The notes under the pieces were generated by a model. It worked only from the letters and a program-made list of their open reading frames with translations. It did not search any database and had not been told where the DNA came from. The position numbers and the translations under genes were made by a program. Shown here one piece after another: positions 1 through 8,812 of a stretch of DNA of 64,000 nucleotides (within the stretch, counting starts at the first letter, position 1; each line of letters starts with the position of its first letter). Source of the DNA: Ignavibacteria bacterium (lineage in GTDB: Bacteria > Bacteroidota > Ignavibacteria > Tepidaquicellales > OLB5); the NCBI GenBank assembly GCA_030835025.1, contig JAUQWS010000071.1, positions 20,365 through 84,364 on the forward strand, read 5' to 3'.

Positions 1-1
1 G

Positions 2-166
2 CAAGGTTCGGTTTCACTCCTGCAAAGGAAGCTAAAAGTTGGATATGCCCGGGCAGCCAGAATAGTTGATGAGCTGGAAGCTGCCGGTGTTGTGGGTCCG
101 TTTGACGGCAGCAAAGCACGCGAAGTTTTGATAGAAACCGAAGCCCAGCTGGATCAGCTGATATAG
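2..166 (+). CDS. ftsK: DNA translocase FtsK, C-terminal fragment (gamma winged-helix domain); 5' end lies outside the window
   Basis: The frame is open from the window edge and translates to ...[50 protein letters not shown]. This matches the FtsK gamma-domain pattern LLQRxLxxGYxRAARxxDxLExxGxV. Stop TAG is at 164-166. It is absent from the ORF track because there is no in-window start. Confidence 0.85.
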   Translation, partial: QGSVSLLQRKLKVGYARAARIVDELEAAGVVGPFDGSKAREVLIETEAQLDQLI

Positions 167-268
167 CCAAATCCCCAGTTCTGCAACCTTTTTTGGCCTT
201 ACAGCATCTAATAAAGTAACAAAACCGGCTTCAATTAACTAAAGTACAACAGAAGTAAACCTATATTT

Positions 269-2710
269 ATGAACTATTTAGCGCGGATCACCACTTATGC
301 CCTCTTTGCTGTTCTTTTATCTGCAAGTACGTTTGCTGCAGGAAAGATCACCGGAAAAGTAACTGATAGCAAGGACAATACCGGAATCGAAGCAGATGTT
401 AAACTCCTTTCACTACCCGATAGCAATGTAATTGGCGGAGCTAAGTGTGACGCAAACGGATCGTTCATTATTGAAAACGTCCCGTTTGGATCACACAGGA
501 TAGAGGTAAGCTTCATAGGATACGCTTCGTTGACAGTTGAAAATGTCAGGCTTAGCGAACAGAACGAGTTAATCAGCCTTGATACCATAAGACTCAAAAA
601 GCAGGATGTGACAACAGATGAAATTCTTGTTGAAGAAACTAAAGGTCTTATTCAATTCAGTGCAGATAAGAAGATTTTCAATGTTAAAGAGTCCGAATTG
701 ACAAAAGGCGGAACAGCTCTGGATGTATTGAAAAAAGTCCCTATGGTTGATGTAGATGTAAACGATAATGTCAGCATGCGCGGAAGCCAGAATGTAAAAA
801 TACTCATAGATGATAAACCCTCAAGGTTTGTGAGCCTTAAACAGATCCCCGCAGACGCAATTGAAAGAGTTGAGCTCATTACTAATCCGCCTGCTAAATA
901 TGAATCAGAAGGCGTTACCGGTTTGATAAATATTGTTATGAAGAAGAACAATAAACTGGGATTTACCGGAAGTGCAAATTTAGGCGGCAATTATACGCAG
1001 AAACTTTCCGGCTGGGGCGGGCTGGATTTCAACTTCAAAAAGAACAGCTGGACAGTCTTCAGCGGGATTTACAGCGGTACATGGAACAATAAATTCTCCT
1101 ATTCAAGGACTACAGATTATTTTACTCCTGTCAGCTCACTGAACAGTGACGGACTTGGAAAGAACAACGGACACTGGATATGGGGACAGGGCGGGATTGA
1201 GCATGAATTTGCCCCCGGAAGGACCGTTGGCTTTGAAGCTAATTTCGGCACGGGAAAGTGGTTTAATTCTGATAATTCATCAAATAATACACTTAACTCC
1301 CTTGGTGAGCTTGCCTCGTACTATACTACTGCAAATGACCGCAACGGACTGTGGGAAAACATGACAGGCAGTTTGTATTTCAATAACAAATTGAGCGAAG
1401 ATGGACAGGAGTTTAGCGGAGATCTGACACTCTCGAGGAACAGAAATGAAAATAACTTCGGAACTGTAAAGCAGGATTATGATTCACTTTCCAATCCTCT
1501 GAACACATCACCTCTTAACCAGAGGGATACAACAATGTTCAAATCCTATAACCTGAATGCGCAGATTGATTATACACATCCGCTTTCAAAAGTTTCAAAG
1601 CTTGAAGTAGGCTATAAGGGCACATTCAGACTAAATGATAATGATTTCAATTCCGATACCCTTGATTACAACACAGGCATATATCAGACAAATAACAGCG
1701 TCAACAATCATTTTAAACTGAATGAGTATATAAACGCGGCGTATGGAGTGTTTTCCAGCTCGATAGGTGATTTCAGTTACAAGCTCGGTGTAAGAGTTGA
1801 GCAAACAAATACAAAGGGCGAGCTGGTGACCAATGGAGAGGATTTTAAAAAGAATTATTTTGATTTCTTCCCTACGGTAAATCTTTCTCAAAAGATCGCC
1901 AAGATGCATCAGGTTCAGCTTAGCTACAGCAGAAGAATTACGCGTCCGAACATCTGGAGAATGAACCCGTTTGTCAACAAATTCAACCCAAGGTTCATTC
2001 ATATGGGTAATCCTGATCTTAACCCTGAGTACACAGATTCATACGAACTTAGCTTCATGTTTTATACTCCCGTACTTTCAGTAACGCCAATGGCTTTCTA
2101 CAGGCAAAACCATGACGTGATCTCGAATTATAACTATCTGATTGACAGTAATGTATCTGTAACTACATACAGAAACGCTGCAGGCTCAAAGGCGTACGGT
2201 ATGGATCTGCTTCTGAGCTCCCGTTCGCTTGGCTGGATGACATTGAATGCAACATTCAGTTTCTATAATACTAAATTTGATGACGATCCGTCACTCACTG
2301 ATTACGCTTCTGAAGAAGGTTTTTCGTGGAAGACTAATATCAGGACAAGCTTAATGCTTAAGTTTGTGAATCTTGAACTATTCTATACATACACAGGCAA
2401 AAAAGTCAATGCACAGGGCACAGATATTCCCACCTCAAGTCTTGACGCATCTGTCAGCAAAACATTCCTTAACGATAAGCTTACGGTAAGCTTAAGGGCA
2501 AATGACATTCTAAGTACGCAGCAGTGGGGTCAGGATATGAACGCAGTTGATTACCGTTCTTCTTTCAGAAATGACTGGAGCTCAAGAATGGTTTCACTGA
2601 ATCTTTCACTAAGGTTCGGGAATACAGACGAGAATTACCAGAAGAAGAAAAAACAGAAACAAAATACTAACGAAGGTTCAGATCAGCAGGATAATAGTCA
2701 GGGCAGGTAG
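269..2710 (+). CDS. TonB-dependent receptor-like outer-membrane beta-barrel protein with an N-terminal carboxypeptidase-regulatory-like domain
   Basis: 813 aa with a signal peptide (MNYLARITTYALFAVLLSASTFA). The CarboxypepD_reg-like N-terminus reads GKITGKVTDSKDNTGIEADVKLL...GSFIIENVPFGSHRIEVSFIGY. A plug-like segment follows (VLKKVPMVDVD..VSMRGS..KILIDDKP). The long Tyr/Asn/Ser-rich barrel ends with the terminal-strand-like SLNLSLRF. Confidence 0.85.
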   Translation: MNYLARITTYALFAVLLSASTFAAGKITGKVTDSKDNTGIEADVKLLSLPDSNVIGGAKCDANGSFIIENVPFGSHRIEVSFIGYASLTVENVRLSEQNELISLDTIRLKKQDVTTDEILVEETKGLIQFSADKKIFNVKESELTKGGTALDVLKKVPMVDVDVNDNVSMRGSQNVKILIDDKPSRFVSLKQIPADAIERVELITNPPAKYESEGVTGLINIVMKKNNKLGFTGSANLGGNYTQKLSGWGGLDFNFKKNSWTVFSGIYSGTWNNKFSYSRTTDYFTPVSSLNSDGLGKNNGHWIWGQGGIEHEFAPGRTVGFEANFGTGKWFNSDNSSNNTLNSLGELASYYTTANDRNGLWENMTGSLYFNNKLSEDGQEFSGDLTLSRNRNENNFGTVKQDYDSLSNPLNTSPLNQRDTTMFKSYNLNAQIDYTHPLSKVSKLEVGYKGTFRLNDNDFNSDTLDYNTGIYQTNNSVNNHFKLNEYINAAYGVFSSSIGDFSYKLGVRVEQTNTKGELVTNGEDFKKNYFDFFPTVNLSQKIAKMHQVQLSYSRRITRPNIWRMNPFVNKFNPRFIHMGNPDLNPEYTDSYELSFMFYTPVLSVTPMAFYRQNHDVISNYNYLIDSNVSVTTYRNAAGSKAYGMDLLLSSRSLGWMTLNATFSFYNTKFDDDPSLTDYASEEGFSWKTNIRTSLMLKFVNLELFYTYTGKKVNAQGTDIPTSSLDASVSKTFLNDKLTVSLRANDILSTQQWGQDMNAVDYRSSFRNDWSSRMVSLNLSLRFGNTDENYQKKKKQKQNTNEGSDQQDNSQGR

Positions 2711-2742
2711 ATAAGAGTATTAGTTTCACAGTTACCTCCACA

Positions 2743-2779
2743 GGGATAAGAACGGTTAATTCTTATCCCTTTTATTTTT
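2743..2779 (+). terminator. Rho-independent terminator after the TonB-dependent receptor gene
   Basis: A perfect 10-bp stem, gggataagaa (2743-2752) with ttcttatccc (2760-2769), encloses a 7-nt loop. It is followed by ttttattttt. Confidence 0.65.
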
Positions 2780-2831
2780 ATCGGGCGGGAATGTCGTGCT
2801 AATTTTCACTGTTTATTAGATTAAAGTTACT

Positions 2832-2839
2832 TAAATTTG
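2832..2839 (+). promoter_or_regulatory. Bacteroidetes-type -7 promoter box (TAnnTTTG)
   Basis: taaatttg lies 30 bp upstream of the ATG at 2869. An AGGAG Shine-Dalgarno sequence sits between them. Confidence 0.35.
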
Positions 2840-2868
2840 CTTAATAATAACCGGTTTAGGAGAAAATA

Positions 2869-3510
2869 ATGTCAAAGCTCATTCTTTCAAAACTGCTGAT
2901 ATTTGCCCTCTTTTCTGCAAATATCAGCCTGTATGCACAGGATGATATTACAGCCCAGGATGTAATTCAAAATGTCCAGTCAGCGTACAAAGATATTTCC
3001 GATGCAAAAGCATCGTTTTCGCAGACTGTTAAATTCAATAAGTCAAAGGCACAAACCTCGAGCGGTACTCTATATATAAAGAAAGAAAACAAATACAGAA
3101 TAGAAACCGGCTCGCAGACAATTGTTACAGATGGCAGCACTTCGTGGTCATATACACCAGGAAAGAAGCAGGTAGTTATAGATCATTATAAGGAAACCGG
3201 TAACACTTTCTCCCCGAATAAGTATCTGTTCCAATACCCTGAGAATTTTTATAGTGACCTGACAGGAACCGAAAAAATAAGCGGAATTGATGTATATGTG
3301 CTCTCATTAAAGCCAAGGGAAAGCGGATATGTGAAATCTGCAAAACTATGGGTTGGAAAAGATGACTGGATGATAAAAAAGATCGTAATAGTGACCGAAG
3401 AATCAACAACTACTTACTCTGTGAAGAACATACAGACCAATACCGGGCTCAGCAACTCAAAATTCACTTTCACTCCACCTGAAGGAACCGAAGTTATTGA
3501 TATGAGATAG
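2869..3510 (+). CDS. LolA-like outer-membrane lipoprotein carrier protein
   Basis: 213 aa with a signal peptide (LLIFALFSANISLYAQ). It shows the LolA-family pattern SFSQTV...SGTLYIKKENKYRIE...IVTDGSTSWSYTP...LWVGKDDWMIKKIVI. Confidence 0.75.
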   Translation: MSKLILSKLLIFALFSANISLYAQDDITAQDVIQNVQSAYKDISDAKASFSQTVKFNKSKAQTSSGTLYIKKENKYRIETGSQTIVTDGSTSWSYTPGKKQVVIDHYKETGNTFSPNKYLFQYPENFYSDLTGTEKISGIDVYVLSLKPRESGYVKSAKLWVGKDDWMIKKIVIVTEESTTTYSVKNIQTNTGLSNSKFTFTPPEGTEVIDMR

Positions 3511-3516
3511 CCAAAA

Positions 3517-4548
3517 TTGAGCCGAGGAAGAAAACTCAATATATTGATCAGTACGCTTCTGCTGGCACTTTTCCTGTACCTTGCATTCAGGAATGTTAAT
3601 CTGAGTGAACTGGCTCTGATATTAAAAACAACAAATTACCTCTATGTATTTCTCGGAATGTCTATCGGTGTATTCGGAGGTTCTGCTATTCGTGCTGTAA
3701 GGTGGGGAGTCCTGCTTGAACCTGTCAAAAAAGATATCGGCTTTCGCAATCTTTTTGCAACCACCATAATAGGATACATGCTGAACAACCTTTTCCCGCG
3801 TTCAGGTGAAGTTGTGAGGCCGTACATATTGGGCAAACATGAAAATATTTCCCGCGCTTCGGCATTTGCAACCATAATAGTTGAAAGGATCATAGATACA
3901 GTCATGTTCCTTCTGATGTTTGCAGTAGCTCTGATCTACTTTAAAGACAGAATTACTAATGCAATTCCGCAGATCGAATCGGCCGTGATCATCCTTTCAG
4001 CAGCAATAATTCTGATGCTAATCTGGATAGTCTTCATGCTGTGGAAACCTGAATTGAGCCTTAAGATCGTCAAGATCTTTACAGGGATACTGCCTGCAAA
4101 ACTTCACGAAAAGGTTGATAATATATTTACATCGCTCTTATCAGGGTTCGACGTATTGAGGAAACCGGCACTGTTTTTCCGCATCGCTTTGTATTCTGTT
4201 TTGCTTTGGGCTGCGTACCTTATAAGTACATATATACCGTTCTATTCATTCAATATACTGGTCAATGACGGTACCGGACTGATGCGCGGCCTCTGGGATG
4301 CAAATCTTCTGCTTGTGCTGATCAACGTAGCAATGTTCATCCCTTCACCTGCTGCAACGGGACCGTATCATTACATTTGCAAAGTAACGCTGGTGAACAT
4401 GTTTGCCATAAGTGAAGCATCAGCACTTGGTTATGGAACAGCTACACATGCAATGAGTTTTTTACTATACTTGGTTTTGGGCATTTACTACTTCATAAAA
4501 TTCAATTACAAATTATCTGAAATTAAAGAGCAGACCTCTGCTTCATAA
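3517..4548 (+). CDS. Flippase-like integral membrane protein (UPF0104 / lysylphosphatidylglycerol-synthase TM-region family)
   Basis: 343 aa with about 8 hydrophobic helices. The family-typical RAVRWGVLLEP motif follows TM2. TTG start at 3517. Confidence 0.6.
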   Translation: MSRGRKLNILISTLLLALFLYLAFRNVNLSELALILKTTNYLYVFLGMSIGVFGGSAIRAVRWGVLLEPVKKDIGFRNLFATTIIGYMLNNLFPRSGEVVRPYILGKHENISRASAFATIIVERIIDTVMFLLMFAVALIYFKDRITNAIPQIESAVIILSAAIILMLIWIVFMLWKPELSLKIVKIFTGILPAKLHEKVDNIFTSLLSGFDVLRKPALFFRIALYSVLLWAAYLISTYIPFYSFNILVNDGTGLMRGLWDANLLLVLINVAMFIPSPAATGPYHYICKVTLVNMFAISEASALGYGTATHAMSFLLYLVLGIYYFIKFNYKLSEIKEQTSAS

Positions 4549-4554
4549 TAAATA

Positions 4555-5862
4555 ATGAATATCGGAATTATTGGCACCGGTTACGTCGGGCTTGTATCAG
4601 GTGTATGTTTTGCCGAAAATGGCAATGACGTACTTTGTATGGATGTGGATTCAAAAAAAATAGAACGGCTAAAAAAAGGTGACCCGGTCATATATGAGCC
4701 CGGGCTAGAGGAATTGCTTGAAAACAACATCTCCGAAGGCAGGGTTAGCTTTACTACAAACCTCAAAGATGTGGTTCAGAAAAGCGATGTTATCTTCCTT
4801 TGCCTGCCAACACCGCCTATGGAAGACGGCTCAGTAGATCTTAGCCGTGTGCTTGATGTGGCGTCCAAAATGGCTCCTTACATTAATGAATATAAAGTAA
4901 TAGTCAGTAAGAGCACTGTACCAGTAGGAACATGCTCACTCATCAGGAAGATCATTTCTCAGAAAACAAAACGTAAAGTTGATGTAGTATCAAACCCGGA
5001 ATACCTGAAAGAGGGCGCGGCCGTGAGTGATTTCATGTCGCCCGATAGGGTCGTCGTAGGCACAAAAAGCAAAAAAGCTGCGGGTATTATGCGGGAGCTT
5101 TACAGCAGCTTTATGAGAGTTAGCGAGAGATTCATTTTGATGGATGAACGCTCAAGCGAGCTGACAAAATATGCTGCAAACAGCATGCTTGCACTCAGGA
5201 TATCCTTTATGAATGAGCTTGCTAACCTTAGCGAAAAACTTAAGGCTGATATTAATATGGTCAGGGCGGGAATTGGCTCCGATCCCAGGATTGGCTCAAG
5301 TTTCCTGTTTCCAGGTGTCGGTTACGGCGGAAGCTGCTTCCCGAAGGATGTACAAGGGCTTTTGAATACTGCAAAAGATGCCGGCTACGATTTCAAAATA
5401 CTCAAAGCAATAGATGAGATAAACCGGAGGCAGAAGCTGGTACTTGTTAACAAGATACTTAAGCATTTTAAGAATAATATCAAAGGGAAGACTTTTGCAG
5501 TTTGGGGACTTTCGTATAAACCCCGTACAGACGATCTTAGGGAAGCTCCGGCACTTACTATAATTGAAAAACTTGTTGAACACGGTGCAAAGATCCAGGC
5601 GGCAGACCCTGTTGCTAATGAAAATTTCAAAATGCTTTACGGAAAGAAATTCAGGGAAGTTAAGCTCTTCGAAAATAACTATTCTGCGCTAAAAAATGCC
5701 GATGCACTTATTCTGGTAACTGAATGGAACGAGTTCCGTAAGCTTGATATTGATAAAATGAAAAAACTGATGAAACACCGTGTCATTTTTGACGGCAGGA
5801 ATATTTATAGCGCTAAGTTCATCAAACAAAACGGGTTCAAGTACTACGGCATTGGATTCTGA
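4555..5862 (+). CDS. ugd: UDP-glucose 6-dehydrogenase
   Basis: 435 aa with an N-terminal Rossmann motif (IGIIGTGYVGLVSGVCFA). The catalytic Cys motif is GVGYGGSCFPKD, and the C-terminal motif is WGLSYKPRTDDLREAPA. Confidence 0.92.
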   Translation: MNIGIIGTGYVGLVSGVCFAENGNDVLCMDVDSKKIERLKKGDPVIYEPGLEELLENNISEGRVSFTTNLKDVVQKSDVIFLCLPTPPMEDGSVDLSRVLDVASKMAPYINEYKVIVSKSTVPVGTCSLIRKIISQKTKRKVDVVSNPEYLKEGAAVSDFMSPDRVVVGTKSKKAAGIMRELYSSFMRVSERFILMDERSSELTKYAANSMLALRISFMNELANLSEKLKADINMVRAGIGSDPRIGSSFLFPGVGYGGSCFPKDVQGLLNTAKDAGYDFKILKAIDEINRRQKLVLVNKILKHFKNNIKGKTFAVWGLSYKPRTDDLREAPALTIIEKLVEHGAKIQAADPVANENFKMLYGKKFREVKLFENNYSALKNADALILVTEWNEFRKLDIDKMKKLMKHRVIFDGRNIYSAKFIKQNGFKYYGIGF

Positions 5863-5930
5863 ATGTGAGAGTATCCGGATACGGTAAGGAAGGATTTGAC
5901 CCCTTGCAGTCCCATTATCAAATTGGAAAT

Positions 5931-5938
5931 TATCTTTG
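5931..5938 (+). promoter_or_regulatory. Bacteroidetes-type -7 promoter box (TAnnTTTG)
   Basis: tatctttg lies 23 bp upstream of the ATG at 5961. Confidence 0.3.
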
Positions 5939-5960
5939 ATGATTCTTTGTTTAATATTCT

Positions 5961-7100
5961 ATGAAACAGCCACTTAAAATAGTAATTTTATCATTATTTG
6001 CAGTAACTCTTGCTTTCGGCCAGTCAAATGACGAGCTTATTACAAAAGGAATAGATCACGTTTACCACATAAGATTTGACTCCGCGAGTAATGTTTTCCA
6101 GCAATTGGTTGAACGTGATCCAAAGGATCCATCCGGCTACTTCTTTTTATCTATGGCTGAATGGTGGAAGATATACATGAATAAGGAAGACAGAAGTAAT
6201 GATGATAATTATCTTGCCAAGGTGGATAAGTGCATAAAGATCTGCGAAGAAAGAATTGACGAAAACGAGAATGATGATTGGGCAACTTTCCTTATGGGAG
6301 GTGTTATTGGATACCGCGGATTTATGAACGTTATGCGCGATAACTGGCTAAAAGCAATTGATGACGGCAAACAGGGTTTAAACCTTGTGCAAAAATCATA
6401 CGAGATGAATCCGGGGAACAAAGATGCAATTCTAGGGCTCGGCATTTACAATTACGCTGTAGATTACGTCGTTGACCGCTATCCGTTCCTTAAGGCTGTG
6501 CTGTTCTTTTTTCCGAAGGGTAATAAAGATCTTGGCATTCAGCAGCTCAGAGATTGCGCACAGAACGGGAAATTCTCCAGGACGGAGGCAAATGTTGTGC
6601 TTGCGTTCATACATCTATCCTATGAAAAGAATTACCTGGAGGCTGAAAAATATGCTTCATCCCTGAGTTTCCTGTATCCCGAAAATCCGGTCTTCGAAAG
6701 ATTCCTCGGTAAATGTTACGTAGGTCAAAGCAGGTACAACGAGGCTGCTATGCTTTACAGGAATATGATCAGTAAGGCAGATAGCAGCAGAACCGGATAT
6801 AACAACAATTATATAAGGCGTGAGGCATTTTACTATTTGGGAATGAGCTACTCAAGAATGCAAAACCTTGATGAAGCCCTGAAGTATTACGACGAAGCCA
6901 TAAACATCTGCAGAGTAACCGATAAACCGCTCGAAGAATCACCCTACTATGTGTTTTCAATCCTTGGAAAAGGAGTGATATTTGAACAAAAGGGGAACAG
7001 GGATGAAGCACTCCGTCATTATGATATTGTGCTAAGTATGCGTGATGTAGAAAACTCCAGGGAGACAGCTCAGAAGTTTAAAGATAAGTGGTCGAAGTGA
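5961..7100 (+). CDS. Secreted tetratricopeptide-repeat (TPR) protein
   Basis: 379 aa with a signal peptide (IVILSLFAVTLAFGQ). TPR-like helical repeats include AFYYLGMSYSRMQNLDEALKYYDEAI and GKGVIFEQKGNRDEALRHYDIVL. Confidence 0.7.
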   Translation: MKQPLKIVILSLFAVTLAFGQSNDELITKGIDHVYHIRFDSASNVFQQLVERDPKDPSGYFFLSMAEWWKIYMNKEDRSNDDNYLAKVDKCIKICEERIDENENDDWATFLMGGVIGYRGFMNVMRDNWLKAIDDGKQGLNLVQKSYEMNPGNKDAILGLGIYNYAVDYVVDRYPFLKAVLFFFPKGNKDLGIQQLRDCAQNGKFSRTEANVVLAFIHLSYEKNYLEAEKYASSLSFLYPENPVFERFLGKCYVGQSRYNEAAMLYRNMISKADSSRTGYNNNYIRREAFYYLGMSYSRMQNLDEALKYYDEAINICRVTDKPLEESPYYVFSILGKGVIFEQKGNRDEALRHYDIVLSMRDVENSRETAQKFKDKWSK

Positions 7101-7116
7101 GTTGTGTGCCGTTAAA

Positions 7117-7147
7117 CAAAAAGCCCGGGTTATACCGGGCTTTTTTT
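7117..7147. terminator. Bidirectional rho-independent terminator between convergent genes
   Basis: The sequence is aaaaaGCCCGGgttataCCGGGCttttttt. The stem pairs 7123-7128 with 7135-7140. An A-run lies upstream and a T-run downstream, so it can serve both strands. Confidence 0.75.
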
Positions 7148-7166
7148 AATGTTCCCCTGAACAATT

Positions 7167-7394
7167 TTACGGAATGATCAATTCCTGTCCGACCTGAATT
7201 TTATTCGGGTCTTTCAGCTTATCAGTATTAGCGTTGAAAATATCCATATACTTACCTGCATCGCCGTAATATTCCTTTGCGATCTTACTCAAGGTATCAC
7301 CGCTTTGCACAACATAAGTTCTTGACTCTTTATTTGCTCCTCCGGCAGCGCCTTCCAATCCGGCTCCGCCTGCAATTCCTTCTTCATTACTCAT
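7167..7394 (-). CDS. Small LysM domain protein
   Basis: 75 aa. The C-terminal LysM motif is YVVQSGDTLSKIAKEYYGDAGKYMDIFNANTDKLKDPNKIQVGQELIIP. The N-terminus is Gly/Ala-rich and has no signal peptide. Confidence 0.8.
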   Translation of the reverse strand: MSNEEGIAGGAGLEGAAGGANKESRTYVVQSGDTLSKIAKEYYGDAGKYMDIFNANTDKLKDPNKIQVGQELIIP

Positions 7395-7417
7395 TTCTGT
7401 TTCCTCCTTTTATGAAG

Positions 7418-8380
7418 CTATTGATTGAAAATATATCCCAAATTTACCCTGTGTGTACTACCAACTTTTCCAAGGGAGTTCAGCGCATAATCAAAAACAA
7501 CTTTATCGCCGAATGTAATTCCAAGCCCTGTGGAAAATCCCGCAATGCCCAGAGATGTTCCAAGCTTAAGGTCCTGTCGGCTTTCGTTGTCATATCCAAG
7601 CCTTGCGGAAACATTTTCGCTGAAAATGAATTCTGCACCAATTGAAAAAGCTTTAATGTGCTGAATGAGTTTCTCTCTGCTCTCGTTTAGCTTTGCAAAG
7701 GTAACGTTCAGCCTCACCGGGGTGTGCTCGAGCCTTTTTGAAAATCCTACCCTGATATCAAGCGGCAGCTTTTCACGGGTATCAATGTAGGTGCTTAGCT
7801 GAGAGCCGAGATTGTTGACTCCAAAGCTCAGTCCTATCTGCGGCCCGGGGATAAGGTAAAGCAAACCAAAATCTACAGCCATTGCTGTTGATTTATACTC
7901 AGCTATTCCCGAATAAATGTACTTCACTGTAATGCCGTAATTGATCTCTTCGTATATATAATTGCTGTATCCTACTGATACCATCAGGTCATTTGCATTA
8001 AATGTCTCGCCTGTAGATATGCCGGATTCGTCTGCTTTATCAAACGAACCGTAATCAAAATACTTAACGCCAATCCCGAACCAGCCAATATCCTTGTATT
8101 TCTGTGCGAAGCTGAATGCACCGAAATTAATATCAAGCAAATACTTCCCGAAGCCCGCCGAAACTCTGCCTTTAGTTATCGTGCTGAGAGTTGCCGGATT
8201 GTAGAACATTGCATTCGGGTCATCGGTATATGTATCAAATGCTCCGGCAAGAGAAGATGCCTTGGCACTGGGATCAACCCTCAGGAATTCAAAAGCCGGG
8301 ATTTCTTCCTGTGAAAACAAAACTCGGTTTGAAGTAAAAAAACTTAGAAAAAGGGCGATTAAAATGAGTTTTTTGGACAT
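7418..8380 (-). CDS. PorV/PorQ-family outer-membrane beta-barrel protein (T9SS-associated family)
   Basis: 320 aa with a signal peptide. The N-terminal family pattern is FEFLRVDPSAKASSLAGAFDTYTDDPNAMFYNPATLS. The rest has an alternating beta-strand pattern ending ...HRVNLGYIF. Confidence 0.6.
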   Translation of the reverse strand: MSKKLILIALFLSFFTSNRVLFSQEEIPAFEFLRVDPSAKASSLAGAFDTYTDDPNAMFYNPATLSTITKGRVSAGFGKYLLDINFGAFSFAQKYKDIGWFGIGVKYFDYGSFDKADESGISTGETFNANDLMVSVGYSNYIYEEINYGITVKYIYSGIAEYKSTAMAVDFGLLYLIPGPQIGLSFGVNNLGSQLSTYIDTREKLPLDIRVGFSKRLEHTPVRLNVTFAKLNESREKLIQHIKAFSIGAEFIFSENVSARLGYDNESRQDLKLGTSLGIAGFSTGLGITFGDKVVFDYALNSLGKVGSTHRVNLGYIFNQ

Positions 8381-8418
8381 TTTAGGGAGATTAATTTTGA
8401 TTTTTTTGCTATTTGCTG

Positions 8419-8703
8419 CTAGAATATTTCAAATTTATCGTATTTCTTCTTAAAGTCAAGCCATTCAACCTTGCAGCGCTCAACCTTTGAGTGCGGCGGG
8501 CCGGTCCTTGCTTTTTCTATCATCACTTCAAGAAATTCCTTTCTTCCTTCAGCTGCTATTTCCACCTCACCTGTAAACAGGTTCCTCGCATATCCGTTTA
8601 AATTCAGGTCACCGGCAATCCTTGCTATAAAATACCTGAACCCCACACGCTGAACACGCCCTGAGACTATTATCTTAACCGAAGAATATTGAATATAGTT
8701 CAT
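8419..8703 (-). CDS. acyP: Acylphosphatase
   Basis: 94 aa. It has the signature VSGRVQRVGFRY and a second motif GYARNLFTGEVEIAAEG. Confidence 0.85.
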   Translation of the reverse strand: MNYIQYSSVKIIVSGRVQRVGFRYFIARIAGDLNLNGYARNLFTGEVEIAAEGRKEFLEVMIEKARTGPPHSKVERCKVEWLDFKKKYDKFEIF

Positions 8704-8812
8704 TGGATTAATAAATAATCAGGTTCGATATTGCCGTTGTTGCTGTTTTTTTCCATTCCCAATTGCCAATTTTAAGCGGTGAGCAAAGTCAAGTCGTCAC
8801 CAGTAACATTTC

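Noticed and set aside
5871-5880. A palindrome, tatccggata, after ugd.
   Set aside because: It has zero loop length and no T-tract, so it is not a terminator. There is no evidence that it is a binding site.
8706-8730. A tRNA T-arm-like string (aggttcgatatt) in the spacer after acyP.
   Set aside because: There is no complementary T-stem, acceptor stem or anticodon arm around it, so it is not a tRNA.
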